Assembly (NCBI GenBank): GCA_046045965.1
Contig: JBJOKS010000004.1
Location: 32,001-96,000 of the forward strand
DNA length: 64,000 nucleotides
Origin: Cyanobacteriota bacterium
GTDB taxonomy: Bacteria; Cyanobacteriota; Cyanobacteriia; Cyanobacteriales; Nostocaceae
Reading direction: 5' to 3'
Of this stretch, positions 54,327-64,000 are shown piece by piece; within the stretch, counting starts at the first letter, position 1, and each line of letters starts with the position of its first letter. A program made the position numbers and the translations under genes. Below the pieces are notes generated by a model. That model worked only from the letters and a program-made list of their open reading frames with translations. It ran no database searches and was not told where the DNA came from.

Positions 54327-54622
54327 TTCTTAATATCTTTCTTGTATTTATATTGTTTATTTCAACTTCAAGACATTCAACAAAAACAAATTCAACCAAC
54401 CAAAAGCAAAATACCTCAAACTCTTATTTCTCAGCGTTCTCTGCGTCCTCTGCGGTTCGTTTATCAAATAATTGGTTTCTGAAAAATTCCCAAAAAACCC
54501 AACTGTATAATACCTGATTTTTAGTAAGGTGGACATTGCCCACCCTACAAGATCATTAACAATTCATAATTCGCCATTTTTAATTTCTCTTCAATTACGA
54601 ATTACGAATTACAAATTACCAA

Positions 54623-56371
54623 TTAATAGTGATTACCTACTTTACGATGGTGAACTGCTGTCAGTGCTTCCGGTTTGGAGACTCTACCCGCATAAACCGT
54701 ACTATACACCGCCCAATGATCGCCACAGTCCATCCGGCTAACTACTTCACATTCCATGTAAGCTAAAGCATCACCCAAAATAGGCGCTCCATTTTCCGCA
54801 GGTTGGGTTTTGACTCCTTCAAAACGATCAGCACCAGGAGCGAACCGTTTTAAGAAGTGTTTCATTAATGGTTGATAATTGCCTTCTTCCAGTACATTGA
54901 GAACAAAGCGATCGCCTACTTGCATCAAGGATTCAATTGCGCGATCTTTAGCTACCGCAATGGAAAAACCCAAGGGTTTAAAACTCGCTTGACTCACCCA
55001 AGAAGCTAACATGGCGCTAGATACATCGCCTTTTTTAGCTGTGATGATATACAAACCGCCGCTAATTCTCCCCAATGCTTTATCTAAATCAGCACCTAGA
55101 GACTTCATAGCTTTGATGCTTTTATCTCTTGTTACCCATTGTGCTAAATCAGTTCCCGCTTCTTCGCATTTTTTGTAAATGTTTTCTGTCGGTGTTTCCC
55201 GAATTTCAATTACAGGAAAAGCTACATTCAAACCCGCAGCGCGGAATTTATTCAACAGTGGGTAAGTAGGTTCATCATCACCACCACCGGTTTCAAAAAT
55301 ACCAATGGCTTGTTTTTCGTTAGCAGATCCTAAAACCGTACTCAATGCAGTTTGAACACTGATATTACTAGATACGGGCGGCATTCCCACGACTAGCCCT
55401 TTACAACGTCCTACAAGTTCCCGTAACTCTTGTAAATCAACTGTTCCACCCAAATCCACCGCCTCTACAGCTACCCCAGTTTTTACGATACCATTGGTAA
55501 TAGATTGTGCTAGGCGATCGCTAAATCCATACTCAGAAATATAAAATACACCAACAGTTGTTTCTGCTTTGGTTTGGTTTTGACTCCAATTGCGGTAACG
55601 TCCCGTTAATTCTTCAACATTGTGATATAATAACGGACCATGACCTGTAGCAATCATCTTGATGGTTTTTAATTCTGCCATCCGCTTCATTGCAGAAAGC
55701 ACAGAACGGGCATTAGGACCCATCAAGCAGTCATAATAATATTGAAAATCTTTTTCAATGGCTGCCAAGTTATCATCAAAAGTGCTGTCTGTGCAGTAAT
55801 GCAAGCCAAAAGCATCGCAGGTAAAGAGAATTTGGGTTTTGTGGTCAAAGCTAAAAATAGTATCAGGCCAGTGTAAATTAGGCGCAATTACAAATTCAAA
55901 CTCGTGACCATTACCGAGATCCAAGCGATCGCCATTTTTAACAATACGACGTTTAAACGGCTGATGTACCAAATCTTCTAAAAATTGAATTGCTACCTTA
56001 GAACCTACCACAGTTATCTCAGGAGCTTTTTGCAGCAAGTCTTTCACCAAGCCGCTGTGATCCGGTTCTGTGTGGCTGATAATTAAATAATCAATATCTT
56101 GCGGATTGATTAAACCAGTGAGTGTATCAAAATATAGTTGGCGAAACTTTTCATGAGACGTATCAACTAGGGCTGTTTGCTCACCACGGATCAGAAATGA
56201 GTTATACGTTGTACCGTTTTGCAGACCAAACTCAATATCAAAGCGATCGCGATCCCAGTCCAAAGAACGAATAGCCGTGGTATCCTGAGAAATTTCTACA
56301 GTCTGTATGGTGAGCCGTTTTGCAGGGGCTGTGTTTCCCTGTCCATCATGTTTATCGGTGAGCAATACCAT
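54623..56371 (-). CDS. flv3: Flavodiiron protein, Flv3 type
   Basis: DWDRDRFDIEFGLQNGTTYNS; canonical HTEPDHSG, HWPD. Confidence 0.88.
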   Translation of the reverse strand: MVLLTDKHDGQGNTAPAKRLTIQTVEISQDTTAIRSLDWDRDRFDIEFGLQNGTTYNSFLIRGEQTALVDTSHEKFRQLYFDTLTGLINPQDIDYLIISHTEPDHSGLVKDLLQKAPEITVVGSKVAIQFLEDLVHQPFKRRIVKNGDRLDLGNGHEFEFVIAPNLHWPDTIFSFDHKTQILFTCDAFGLHYCTDSTFDDNLAAIEKDFQYYYDCLMGPNARSVLSAMKRMAELKTIKMIATGHGPLLYHNVEELTGRYRNWSQNQTKAETTVGVFYISEYGFSDRLAQSITNGIVKTGVAVEAVDLGGTVDLQELRELVGRCKGLVVGMPPVSSNISVQTALSTVLGSANEKQAIGIFETGGGDDEPTYPLLNKFRAAGLNVAFPVIEIRETPTENIYKKCEEAGTDLAQWVTRDKSIKAMKSLGADLDKALGRISGGLYIITAKKGDVSSAMLASWVSQASFKPLGFSIAVAKDRAIESLMQVGDRFVLNVLEEGNYQPLMKHFLKRFAPGADRFEGVKTQPAENGAPILGDALAYMECEVVSRMDCGDHWAVYSTVYAGRVSKPEALTAVHHRKVGNHY

Positions 56372-56483
56372 AACTCCCCTCCTTGACTTTCATTGAGTAT
56401 TTATTCCTCTTCCATTATTGTGACACGGGTTGAATATAACTTTTTCTTGAAAAACCTATAACTGACTTAAGAAAGTTAAAACT

Positions 56484-57290
56484 GTGAAACAGAATATCCA
56501 ACCACAACATAAAAATAGCCCTTGGTTAGCCTTAATGGTTGGTAATTCCCGGCTACATTGGGCTTTGTTTATAGATCAAGCTCTTGACTCAGCCTGGGAT
56601 ACAGAGCATCTATCAGAGTCTGATATAGAACAATTAGCAAAAACAAATACTCTGCCGCTTCCCCCGTCTTATTCTCACCCCATTTTCCTATCTCCCAACC
56701 TGCCTATTACTCTTGTCTTAGCCTCTGTAGTTCCCAGTCAAACACAACTTTGGCAAACTTACCCAAATCATCGTTTAATTACCTTATACCAAATTCCTAT
56801 TCTGGAAATGTATCATACATTGGGCATTGATCGCGCTTTGGCTTTATTAGGTGCTGGTAAATCTTATGGATTTCCTATATTAGTAATTGATGCGGGAACT
56901 GCATTAACATTGACAGGTGCAGACTCAAATCCGCGTCTCATTGGTGGCGCTATTTTACCCGGTTTAGGTTTACAATTTACTAGTTTAGGACAAAAAACCG
57001 CACAATTACCATTGTTAAAAACTAGCGAAATTAGGGAATTACCGCCACGTTTTGCTATGGATACATCCCAAGCCATTCAAAGTGGTATAATTTACACTTT
57101 ATTAGCAGGAATAAAAGAGTTTATTGATGAGTGGTTATCGTTATTTCCTGATAGTAAAATTGCCATGACTGGTGGAGATAGTGATTTATTGAAAACCTAT
57201 CTTGAAATTCAGTTTTCAGAAATAGGTGAAAAGATAATTTTAGATAAAAATTTGATATTTTGGGGAATGCGAGAAGTTCATTTTGTCTGA
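56484..57290 (+). CDS. coaX: Type III pantothenate kinase
   Basis: GNSRLHW, LGIDR, VIDAGTALT, GGAILPG, TGGD. Confidence 0.93.
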   Translation: MKQNIQPQHKNSPWLALMVGNSRLHWALFIDQALDSAWDTEHLSESDIEQLAKTNTLPLPPSYSHPIFLSPNLPITLVLASVVPSQTQLWQTYPNHRLITLYQIPILEMYHTLGIDRALALLGAGKSYGFPILVIDAGTALTLTGADSNPRLIGGAILPGLGLQFTSLGQKTAQLPLLKTSEIRELPPRFAMDTSQAIQSGIIYTLLAGIKEFIDEWLSLFPDSKIAMTGGDSDLLKTYLEIQFSEIGEKIILDKNLIFWGMREVHFV

Positions 57291-57459
57291 ATCAGGATAT
57301 CCAGGATTTGAGGATTTACAGGATTGTTTTTGATGATTTTAATAATTTTGATTGGGGAGAAATTGGTATTTGTCTGAATCAGGATATCCAGGATTTAAGG
57401 ATTTACAGGATTTTTTTGATGATTTTAATAATGGAGATTTGGGAAATGATTGGTATTTT
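57282..57459 (+). repeat. Two tandem 87-bp repeat units
   Basis: TTTGTCTGAATCAGGATATCCAGGATTT... at 57282 and 57369. Confidence 0.93.
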
Positions 57460-57465
57460 GCGATC

Positions 57466-57639
57466 TCATAATCTACAATCTGCTAAGGTGTTAGGTGGTT
57501 TAATTTGCAGATGTTTCACTACACATTGAGGATGGTTAGGTAAATCTAAATCTTGTGCTAAATAGGTATCACCAAACGCACCGCTACCCAAAACGCGGAT
57601 GATTTGATAACGTTGACGTAGCTTGACACCTATCACCAT
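57466..57639 (-). pseudogene. N-terminal fragment of a Ser/Thr kinase
   Basis: MVIGVKLRQRYQIIRVLGSGAFGDTYLAQDLDLPNHPQCVVKHL, stop after 57 aa. Confidence 0.85.
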
Positions 57640-57776
57640 CTGACTTACAGAGAAAAAGCAGATACGGTAGTTATTGTGTCACATTCTTTTAATAAAGGCA
57701 ATATGGGTGATGGGGTGATGGGGAGAATAACAAGCAACTAATGACTAATGACCAATAACTAATGACTAATGACTAA

Positions 57777-58271
57777 TTATGCCAAAGTTGTTAAACCTTG
57801 TAAATAATCTTCTAACTGTCTAGCATGATCATGAGACATTTTTGGTTGAGGTAAAGAACTAGGATCAAAAGCTTGAATTTCTAAGACTTCTAAATTATCT
57901 TGAACTTTCATTTCTCCTTGTACTTCAGCTTCAACCACAATACAAATTGAATGAATTCTCGGATCTCGATCTGGTGCGGAATAAACTCCAACTAAACGCC
58001 GAATTTTCAGCAATTCTAGTCCAGTTTCCTCCATTAACTCGCGACGGACTGCACTAGAAATATCCTCTCCCCAGTCCACCATACCACCAGGTAAAGACCA
58101 GCAACCATCATCACTGCGGCGAATAAGGACAATTCGACCATCAGGTAAAATCGGAATAACGCTAGTACCAGTAATGGGATGGCGAAAAATAATACCCAAT
58201 ACTGTTTGTCCAACGTGCCATAAGCTACGAGGGGACTGAATTAATGAAGTAAAAAAAGCTAGGATATTCAA
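57777..58271 (-). CDS. NUDIX hydrolase
   Basis: GGMVDWGEDISSAVRRELMEETGL Nudix box. Confidence 0.95.
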   Translation of the reverse strand: MNILAFFTSLIQSPRSLWHVGQTVLGIIFRHPITGTSVIPILPDGRIVLIRRSDDGCWSLPGGMVDWGEDISSAVRRELMEETGLELLKIRRLVGVYSAPDRDPRIHSICIVVEAEVQGEMKVQDNLEVLEIQAFDPSSLPQPKMSHDHARQLEDYLQGLTTLA

Positions 58272-58634
58272 TCTTCAAATGTTTGTGTTGTACTTGATAA
58301 TTGCCTAGCACTTAATAGAAATGTAACTCACGAAATATTAATTGCGTTTTGTTTTATACAAATCTATAGAGTGTTGGGGATATTATTCTCATGCTGATCT
58401 TGAGAATTAGTCAATTTTAACATCTGCTTTCAGTAACCGCATAGGATTTACCAATACAATCGATTAGTGAACCAATAAACCTTTGCTACTTTTTTAAATG
58501 TATTGCTGGTTTAAATTATTGAGGAATTGTTTAAATAAATTAGCCTTTATTGACATCAGTCAACTATTTGTGATCCCAGGATGGATAATTGAGATCAAAA
58601 TAGTCACTATTGGAGAAATAATCATAAATTTACC

Positions 58635-58664
58635 TTGACATAGCCTATTTAAATCAGGTATAAT
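58635..58664 (+). promoter_or_regulatory. Consensus sigma70-type promoter
   Basis: TTGACA-N18-TATAAT. Confidence 0.75.
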
Positions 58665-58779
58665 GGTATGCTGTTCAAAGCATTGTGATTTTCTGCACTA
58701 GGCTAAAAGTGTATCAATAACATCGGTAACTAAATATTGCCTAAGTGTAGGTTTTTTGTTGTTTATTCATGAGGTGAAT

Positions 58780-58953
58780 ATGGCCAAGCGCCGTAACCCG
58801 AAAAAAGAAAAGGCGCTACGGAACCAGGCTTATGCCAGAAAGTTTCGTAAACGGACTACGACAGGAAGAATGCAAAGAAGGTTCCAACAAAGACCACCTA
58901 AGAGTGAAGAAGATGAAGGAACAGGAGCAGCAGCAATGGATGCAGCTGATTAA
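58780..58953 (+). CDS. 57-aa protein with very basic N-terminus and acidic tail
   Basis: GAGGTG RBS, ATG 58780, own promoter and terminator. Confidence 0.85.
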   Translation: MAKRRNPKKEKALRNQAYARKFRKRTTTGRMQRRFQQRPPKSEEDEGTGAAAMDAAD

Positions 58954-59001
58954 TTTGACTGTTTGAAAATTACTTTACTTTGGAATTAATTTGCTATGTT
59001 C

Positions 59002-59039
59002 GGGCGTACATCTACTTATATTTGTACGCCCTTATTTTT
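59002..59039 (+). terminator. Rho-independent terminator
   Basis: GGGCGTACA/TGTACGCCC stem plus TTATTTTT. Confidence 0.75.
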
Positions 59040-59168
59040 AGGTGACTGAGGAATGGGAAGAAAGCAGGGGAAGCAGGGGGGAGAATATTAACTTTTGCCT
59101 ATTGCATGAGTGCTTTTTGCCTTCTGTTAGCAATTACCAATTACCAATTACCAATTACCTAGACATTG

Positions 59169-60551
59169 TTATAGAATTTGAGTTTTGGCTGTGGAGATAG
59201 CCTGTTTAACTTGCTCAAAACCTGTACCGCCGTAACTGTTGCGGGCTGCAACTACTTGACGAGGAGATATAGCTGCATAAATATCCGCTGCAAAGGATGG
59301 GTGTATTTGTTGCCACTCTTCTAGGGTTAAATCTTTGAGAAGTTTACCAGCAGCTATACTGGTTTTTACGACCTTACCGACGATATTGTAAGCTTCCCGG
59401 AAGGGTACGCCTCTTGCTGCCAAATAATCTGCTACATCGGTAGCGTTAGCAAAGTCTTCTGTAACTGCTTGTGCTAGTCGCTGGGTACGAAATTCTAAAC
59501 CTTCCCGCAACAAAATTGTCATTGCTTCTAAACAGGCTTTGACGGTGTTAACGCTGTCAAATATGCCTTCTTTGTCTTCTTGCAAGTCTTTGTTATAGGC
59601 CAGGGGTAAACCTTTCATAATGACTAACATCGCCTGGAGATGACCAAAAACACGCCCTGTTTTCCCGCGCACTAATTCTGGTACATCCGGGTTTTTCTTT
59701 TGAGGCATGATGCTAGAACCTGTGGCACAGCTATCTTTGAGGGTGACAAAGCGAAATTCTTCTGATGCCCAAAGGATGACTTCTTCTGAAAGACGGCTGA
59801 GGTGAACCATGATTATACTAGCAGCACACAGAAATTCGATGGCAAAATCGCGATCGCTCACTCCATCCAAGCTATTAGCATAAATACTGTCAAAATGCAA
59901 TAGTTTAGCTGTGTAATGTCTGTCAATGGGAAAAGTTGTTCCCGCTAAAGCCCCACAACCCAAGGGGGAAATATTCACCCGTTTGTCAACATCTCCTAAC
60001 CGTTCCCAGTCCCGTTGTGCCATCTGAAAGTACGCTAGGAGGTGATGAGCTAAACTCAGAGGTTGGGCGCGTTGGAGGTGAGTATAGCCAGGAATGAGGG
60101 TTTCAATATTTTGTTCCGCAATATCCAGTAATACCGTTTGAAATTCCCGTAAATACTGGCGAATTTGTTGAATTTGGTCGCGTAGATAAAGTCTGGTATC
60201 TGTTCCTACTTGGTCATTACGAGAACGGGCGGTATGCAGCTTTTTACCGACATCTCCCACAATTTCTGTGAGTCGCTTTTCTACAGCAAAATGCACATCT
60301 TCTGCATCAATACCAGGTTGAAATTGGCCTTGTCGGTATTCTTGGCGGACTTGTTCTAAACCCGTAACTAATTGCTCTCCTTCTTCTGGGGAAATAATTC
60401 CTGTGTGAGCCAGCATTTGGGCATGAGCTTGGGAACCAGTGATGTCATATTCTATGAGTTCAATGTCAAAAATTATACTGGCATTAAAGCGAGCGATCGC
60501 TGGATGTAGGGCGGTTTCAAACCGCTGGCTCCAAGTTTGTTTTTCGGTCAT
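59169..60551 (-). CDS. argH: Argininosuccinate lyase
   Basis: [31 protein letters not shown]. Confidence 0.99.
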   Translation of the reverse strand: MTEKQTWSQRFETALHPAIARFNASIIFDIELIEYDITGSQAHAQMLAHTGIISPEEGEQLVTGLEQVRQEYRQGQFQPGIDAEDVHFAVEKRLTEIVGDVGKKLHTARSRNDQVGTDTRLYLRDQIQQIRQYLREFQTVLLDIAEQNIETLIPGYTHLQRAQPLSLAHHLLAYFQMAQRDWERLGDVDKRVNISPLGCGALAGTTFPIDRHYTAKLLHFDSIYANSLDGVSDRDFAIEFLCAASIIMVHLSRLSEEVILWASEEFRFVTLKDSCATGSSIMPQKKNPDVPELVRGKTGRVFGHLQAMLVIMKGLPLAYNKDLQEDKEGIFDSVNTVKACLEAMTILLREGLEFRTQRLAQAVTEDFANATDVADYLAARGVPFREAYNIVGKVVKTSIAAGKLLKDLTLEEWQQIHPSFAADIYAAISPRQVVAARNSYGGTGFEQVKQAISTAKTQIL

Positions 60552-60648
60552 AAATTAGAAAGGAGAGGAAATAATTATTTGTGATCTTAGATTTTGAATC
60601 AACATCAATCCAAAATCCAAAATCCAAAATCCAAAATCTAAAATCCAT

Positions 60649-60861
60649 TTAACCGTAACTGGTTAAACTCTTAAATAAATAGCCAATAATTATACCAGTC
60701 AACATCGCCCATATTTGTCCTGTTTTGACAAAGTTGTTCCAAGCATTTTGCATCTGTCCTAAAACGTCTGGATCTTTGATGCTAGTAGCCACAAAGTTAA
60801 TATCAATGTGTATATTCCCCAAGAGGGAAAATAGCGGATCATGCAAATGTAAATATTCCAT
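60649..60861 (-). CDS. Small membrane hypothetical protein
   Basis: DPDVLGQMQNAWNNFVKTGQIWA plus C-terminal TM; co-oriented in the larB-argH run. Confidence 0.7.
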   Translation of the reverse strand: MEYLHLHDPLFSLLGNIHIDINFVATSIKDPDVLGQMQNAWNNFVKTGQIWAMLTGIIIGYLFKSLTSYG

Positions 60862-60964
60862 AATGCCTTTACCAAAAGGGTTATCAGCTGTGTTATTGAA
60901 TTTGAAGTAATCTATCCCATAACACGTTACCGCAATTATACGCAGTTTCTACTTTAATAGCCTA

Positions 60965-61750
60965 CTAAATCTGAGATGCCAAGCGCAATTTCTCGGAAGT
61001 TCGCAAAATTTGACCTGCTAAAACTGCTGCACCGAAGCCGTTATCAATATTAACTACACCAATACCAGCAGCGCAAGAATTAAGCATTGTTAATAAAGGT
61101 GCTAAACCGCCAAAACTCGCGCCATAACCGATGCTGGTGGGAACAGCAATGACGGGAGAATCTGCTAAACCAGCTACCACGCTTGGTAAAGCGCCTTCCA
61201 TTCCCGCTACTACAATTAACACCGATGCTGAAGCAAGCAAGTGACGGTTATCTAGTAAGCGATGAATACCTGCTACACCCACATCCCAGAGACGCTGGAC
61301 ACGGAAACCGTAAAGTTCAGCCGTCACAGCTGCTTCTTCCGCAACCGGTAAATCAGCAGTACCAGCGGAAAGAATACCAATTTCTCCAGGGAAGATAGGT
61401 TCAATCACAGGGGGCTTAATGGCACAAATTCGCGCTAACTCAAAATATTGCAAACCTCTGACTTTTTTTTGCAGTTCTGCATAAACATCAAGGGAAATAC
61501 GTGTGGACATGACCACAGAAGCACGCTGACGCATAACTTCCATAATTTGAGCAATTTGATCAGGTGTTTTACCAGGACCCCAAATTACTTCCGGGAAACC
61601 AGTTCTTAAATGACGATGGTGGTCAATTTTAGCAAACTCACCTACAGATTCATAAGCTAAATCTTTGAGTGAGTCTAAGGCTATCTCTGGGCTAATTTTA
61701 CCATTAGCAACAGCTTCTAAGAGCGATCGCAAATTTTCAGGTTGACTCAT
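60965..61750 (-). CDS. larB: LarB / CpmA (AIR carboxylase-like) protein
   Basis: RTGFPEVIWGPGK, DVGVAG, AGMEGAL, PTSIGYG, NIDNGFGA. Confidence 0.93.
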   Translation of the reverse strand: MSQPENLRSLLEAVANGKISPEIALDSLKDLAYESVGEFAKIDHHRHLRTGFPEVIWGPGKTPDQIAQIMEVMRQRASVVMSTRISLDVYAELQKKVRGLQYFELARICAIKPPVIEPIFPGEIGILSAGTADLPVAEEAAVTAELYGFRVQRLWDVGVAGIHRLLDNRHLLASASVLIVVAGMEGALPSVVAGLADSPVIAVPTSIGYGASFGGLAPLLTMLNSCAAGIGVVNIDNGFGAAVLAGQILRTSEKLRLASQI

Positions 61751-61753
61751 TCG

Positions 61754-61865
61754 ATTTTGGATTTTGGATTTTGGATTGATATTTTGGTAATTGGTAATTG
61801 GTAATTAGATTATTCATCTTCCCAGTCCCCAGTAAAGAGTCCCCAGTCCCCAATCACCAGTCCCC
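61754..61865. repeat. Mixed STRR arrays (GATTTTG)n, (TTGGTAA)n, (CCCAGTC)n
   Basis: Directly visible; similar arrays at 10553-10620, 29146-29168, 57735-57777, 59133-59160, 60607-60646. Confidence 0.9.
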
Positions 61866-63652
61866 TACTTTGTAATTTTAATTTCATGAATGTTCCAGAA
61901 TAGACCACCCAGAGCAGAAAAGTTAATTCCTTCAAAACGGTTTCGTAATGCGGAGAGAGAATAGGAATTTACCAAGTAAATAAACGGTAAATTATCCTGT
62001 GTTAATCGTTGACTTTCGGCATAAATTTCTTTAACCTTTGCTTCATCAAATTCTTGTGCGCCTTGAATATAAAGTTGATGTATTTGCGCTTCCCAAGGTG
62101 CAATTTGCCAACCTTCTATTGGTTTTTGTCCTGGTTGGGGTTTTTGGTTAAACATATGTAAACCACCTTCAGGAGACCAGACATTTGCCCCATCATTTGG
62201 TTCTAAACCACCAGTCAAACCTAGCAAAGATGCTTCCCAATCTAAAGTATTAGAAAGTTTATCTAGAAAAGTATTCCATGCTAAAGGTGTGAAATCAACT
62301 TGGATACCAATTTTGCTCAAATCTTGTTTAATTTGTGATCCCATCGCTTCACGAATCTTGTTACCTGCATTGGTAAGTAAAGCAAACCTGACACGGTTTC
62401 CTTGAGCATCTTCTAGTTGATTTTGAGCATTGTATTTAAAACCAGCTTTGAGTAATAATTCCTTGGCTTTTTCAGGATTGTAATTATAAACTTTCAACCC
62501 TTTTTCTGGTGAAAGAAAATAAGGACTTTGGACAGAAATTGGTGAATCTTGTGTTTGTCCCAAACCACGAAAAGTATTATTAATCATGGTTTGTCTATCA
62601 ATTGCATAAGCTATAGCTTGACGAAATTCAACACTATTAAACCAACGGGATTTAATAGGATCTACAAGAGGTTTACCGTTTCTTTTACCTTTATTTAAAT
62701 TGAAAGAAACAAAACTTGTACTTGATGATGGTCCACCATTATAAATTTTAAAATTACCTTGTTTTTCCTGAACCTTTAGCAAAGAAAAATAATCAGGTGT
62801 CACCCCTACAGAGTCTAAACCACCAGAACGAAATTGTAGTAAAGCAGTGTCTGTGGATTCAACAATTTGCCAAACAATACGCTCAATATAAGGTTGGGGT
62901 TTACCTTGAGCATCTTTACGCCAATAATAGGGGTTACGACGAAAAATTATCCGTTGACTGGTATCGTAACGTTCGAGTTTATAAGGACCATTGACAATAA
63001 TTTGTTCAGGTGGAGTATCCACACCCCACATTGTCAGAAACTTTGGTTTCCCATCTTGATCTTTAGTTTTTACCGATTCTCGTAACACATGAGCAGGTAA
63101 AATAGCAGCACCAGCATTTTGTAAAAAAGGTCTAAAAGGTTCAGGTACGCTAAATTCTACCCGTCTATTATCAACTTTTCTCACAGTAGGAAGTTTGCGA
63201 TCTTTACCAATTCTCAAAATATCTCTCAGATCCGTAGGTATGTCTTCATTTAGATAAATATCGTTATAAGTAAATACGACATCATCTACTGTTAAAGGTT
63301 GACCATCTGACCATTTTAAATTATCGCGTAGTGTGAATGTAATTTTTAATTTATCTGCTGAAACTTCCCAGGATTCTGCTAAAATTGGCTCAAGTTCACC
63401 CGTAATAGGATTTTGGCTAATTAGTCCCTCATAAGTATAACCGAAAATATTAGGAGATTCGGAACTGAGAGCATAGTTAAATGTTTTGGGATCACTGAGA
63501 ATACTAGTTACTAATTGCGGTACTTGCTGACTTGCATTACTTTTGAAATTACTGGGATTACAACCTGTGATTGATAATGCTGTAAAAGAAAGGAGAGTGA
63601 TGAGTAATAAAAAGCGTTTGGTGTGATTGAGAATGTTTTTATTAAATGCCAT
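61865..63652 (-). CDS. Peptide/nickel ABC transporter substrate-binding lipoprotein (family 5)
   Basis: Lipobox ITGC, DPKTFN, LAESW, KWSDGQPLT.DDV.FT, NGPYKL. Confidence 0.95.
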   Translation of the reverse strand: MAFNKNILNHTKRFLLLITLLSFTALSITGCNPSNFKSNASQQVPQLVTSILSDPKTFNYALSSESPNIFGYTYEGLISQNPITGELEPILAESWEVSADKLKITFTLRDNLKWSDGQPLTVDDVVFTYNDIYLNEDIPTDLRDILRIGKDRKLPTVRKVDNRRVEFSVPEPFRPFLQNAGAAILPAHVLRESVKTKDQDGKPKFLTMWGVDTPPEQIIVNGPYKLERYDTSQRIIFRRNPYYWRKDAQGKPQPYIERIVWQIVESTDTALLQFRSGGLDSVGVTPDYFSLLKVQEKQGNFKIYNGGPSSSTSFVSFNLNKGKRNGKPLVDPIKSRWFNSVEFRQAIAYAIDRQTMINNTFRGLGQTQDSPISVQSPYFLSPEKGLKVYNYNPEKAKELLLKAGFKYNAQNQLEDAQGNRVRFALLTNAGNKIREAMGSQIKQDLSKIGIQVDFTPLAWNTFLDKLSNTLDWEASLLGLTGGLEPNDGANVWSPEGGLHMFNQKPQPGQKPIEGWQIAPWEAQIHQLYIQGAQEFDEAKVKEIYAESQRLTQDNLPFIYLVNSYSLSALRNRFEGINFSALGGLFWNIHEIKITK

Positions 63653-63676
63653 AATTTCACTAAAAATAAATATTAT

Positions 63677-63927
63677 TTAGGTTGATGAACGAGAATTATT
63701 AAACCAGTCCAGAAAATGCTGTGTCATTTTTTTAGTTCCATATCTCTTTTAAAATTAAGTTTTTCCTGCTTTTCTAATTTATAAACTGTAACTGCTTCTA
63801 TATAACAAATATGGGGTATAAATATTTCTAAAGACTTAGGTGGATTATACAGCAAATTATCCGCTCGTGCATCCTGTCCTTTAGCAATAGATATTAAAAA
63901 GTTAGTTTCCATATAAACTATGGTCAT
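63677..63927 (-). pseudogene. Truncated or internally deleted PIN-domain protein
   Basis: IVYMETNFL...IP..C..E PIN N-terminus stops at 67 aa; a short out-of-frame TQHFLDWFNN tail follows (63727-63677). Confidence 0.65.
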
Positions 63928-64000
63928 TTTTATATTCCTGGTACTGGTAATTAAATATAAATTATCTACTCTTCTTCATAGTTTTGTGAATATGTTTCTC

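Noticed and set aside
57282..57459. Possible mini-CRISPR array
   Set aside because: Only two units, similar along their whole length with no unique spacers; no cas genes in the window.
57260..57529. 89-aa ORF with internal duplication
   Set aside because: Translation of the 87-bp tandem repeat.

Overview
64 kb of a cyanobacterial chromosome, most likely a heterocyst-forming Nostocales strain (inferred from >30 HIP1 octamers GCGATCGC counted by eye, heptamer STRR arrays, split rpoC1/rpoC2 and a flv3-flv1 pair). The backbone is housekeeping: rbp, a CpcS-type lyase, an RND pump, rplS-tRNA-Trp-secE-nusG-rplKA-rplJL, crtD, hslO, hisD, rpsT-tatD, rpoB-rpoC1-rpoC2, flv3/flv1, coaX, argH, larB/cpmA and an ABC substrate-binding protein. 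Two accessory patches are embedded. The first (~29.6-35.0 kb) holds a RelE-type TA pair bracketed by identical 37-bp HIP1-terminated direct repeats, plus a PEP-CTERM protein and a secreted protein divergent from an HTH-NTPase-TPR (STAND-type) gene. The second (~49.2-52.6 kb) holds GIY-YIG, Uma2, a Uma2 remnant and an unlisted 46-aa ORF with its own promoter, RBS and terminator. MITEs and very small dispersed repeats are common, some inserted in frame in rpoC2 and flv3. One such element is visible as a filled versus empty HIP1 site within the window. Four pseudogenes or remnants not resolved by the ORF track were found. No CRISPR array, transposase, integrase or rRNA was seen. The best candidate for an undescribed system is the HIP1-repeat-bracketed cassette and the adjacent STAND/PEP-CTERM module; both functional interpretations are inference. 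Family assignments are from recognised motifs only, and no searches were run.
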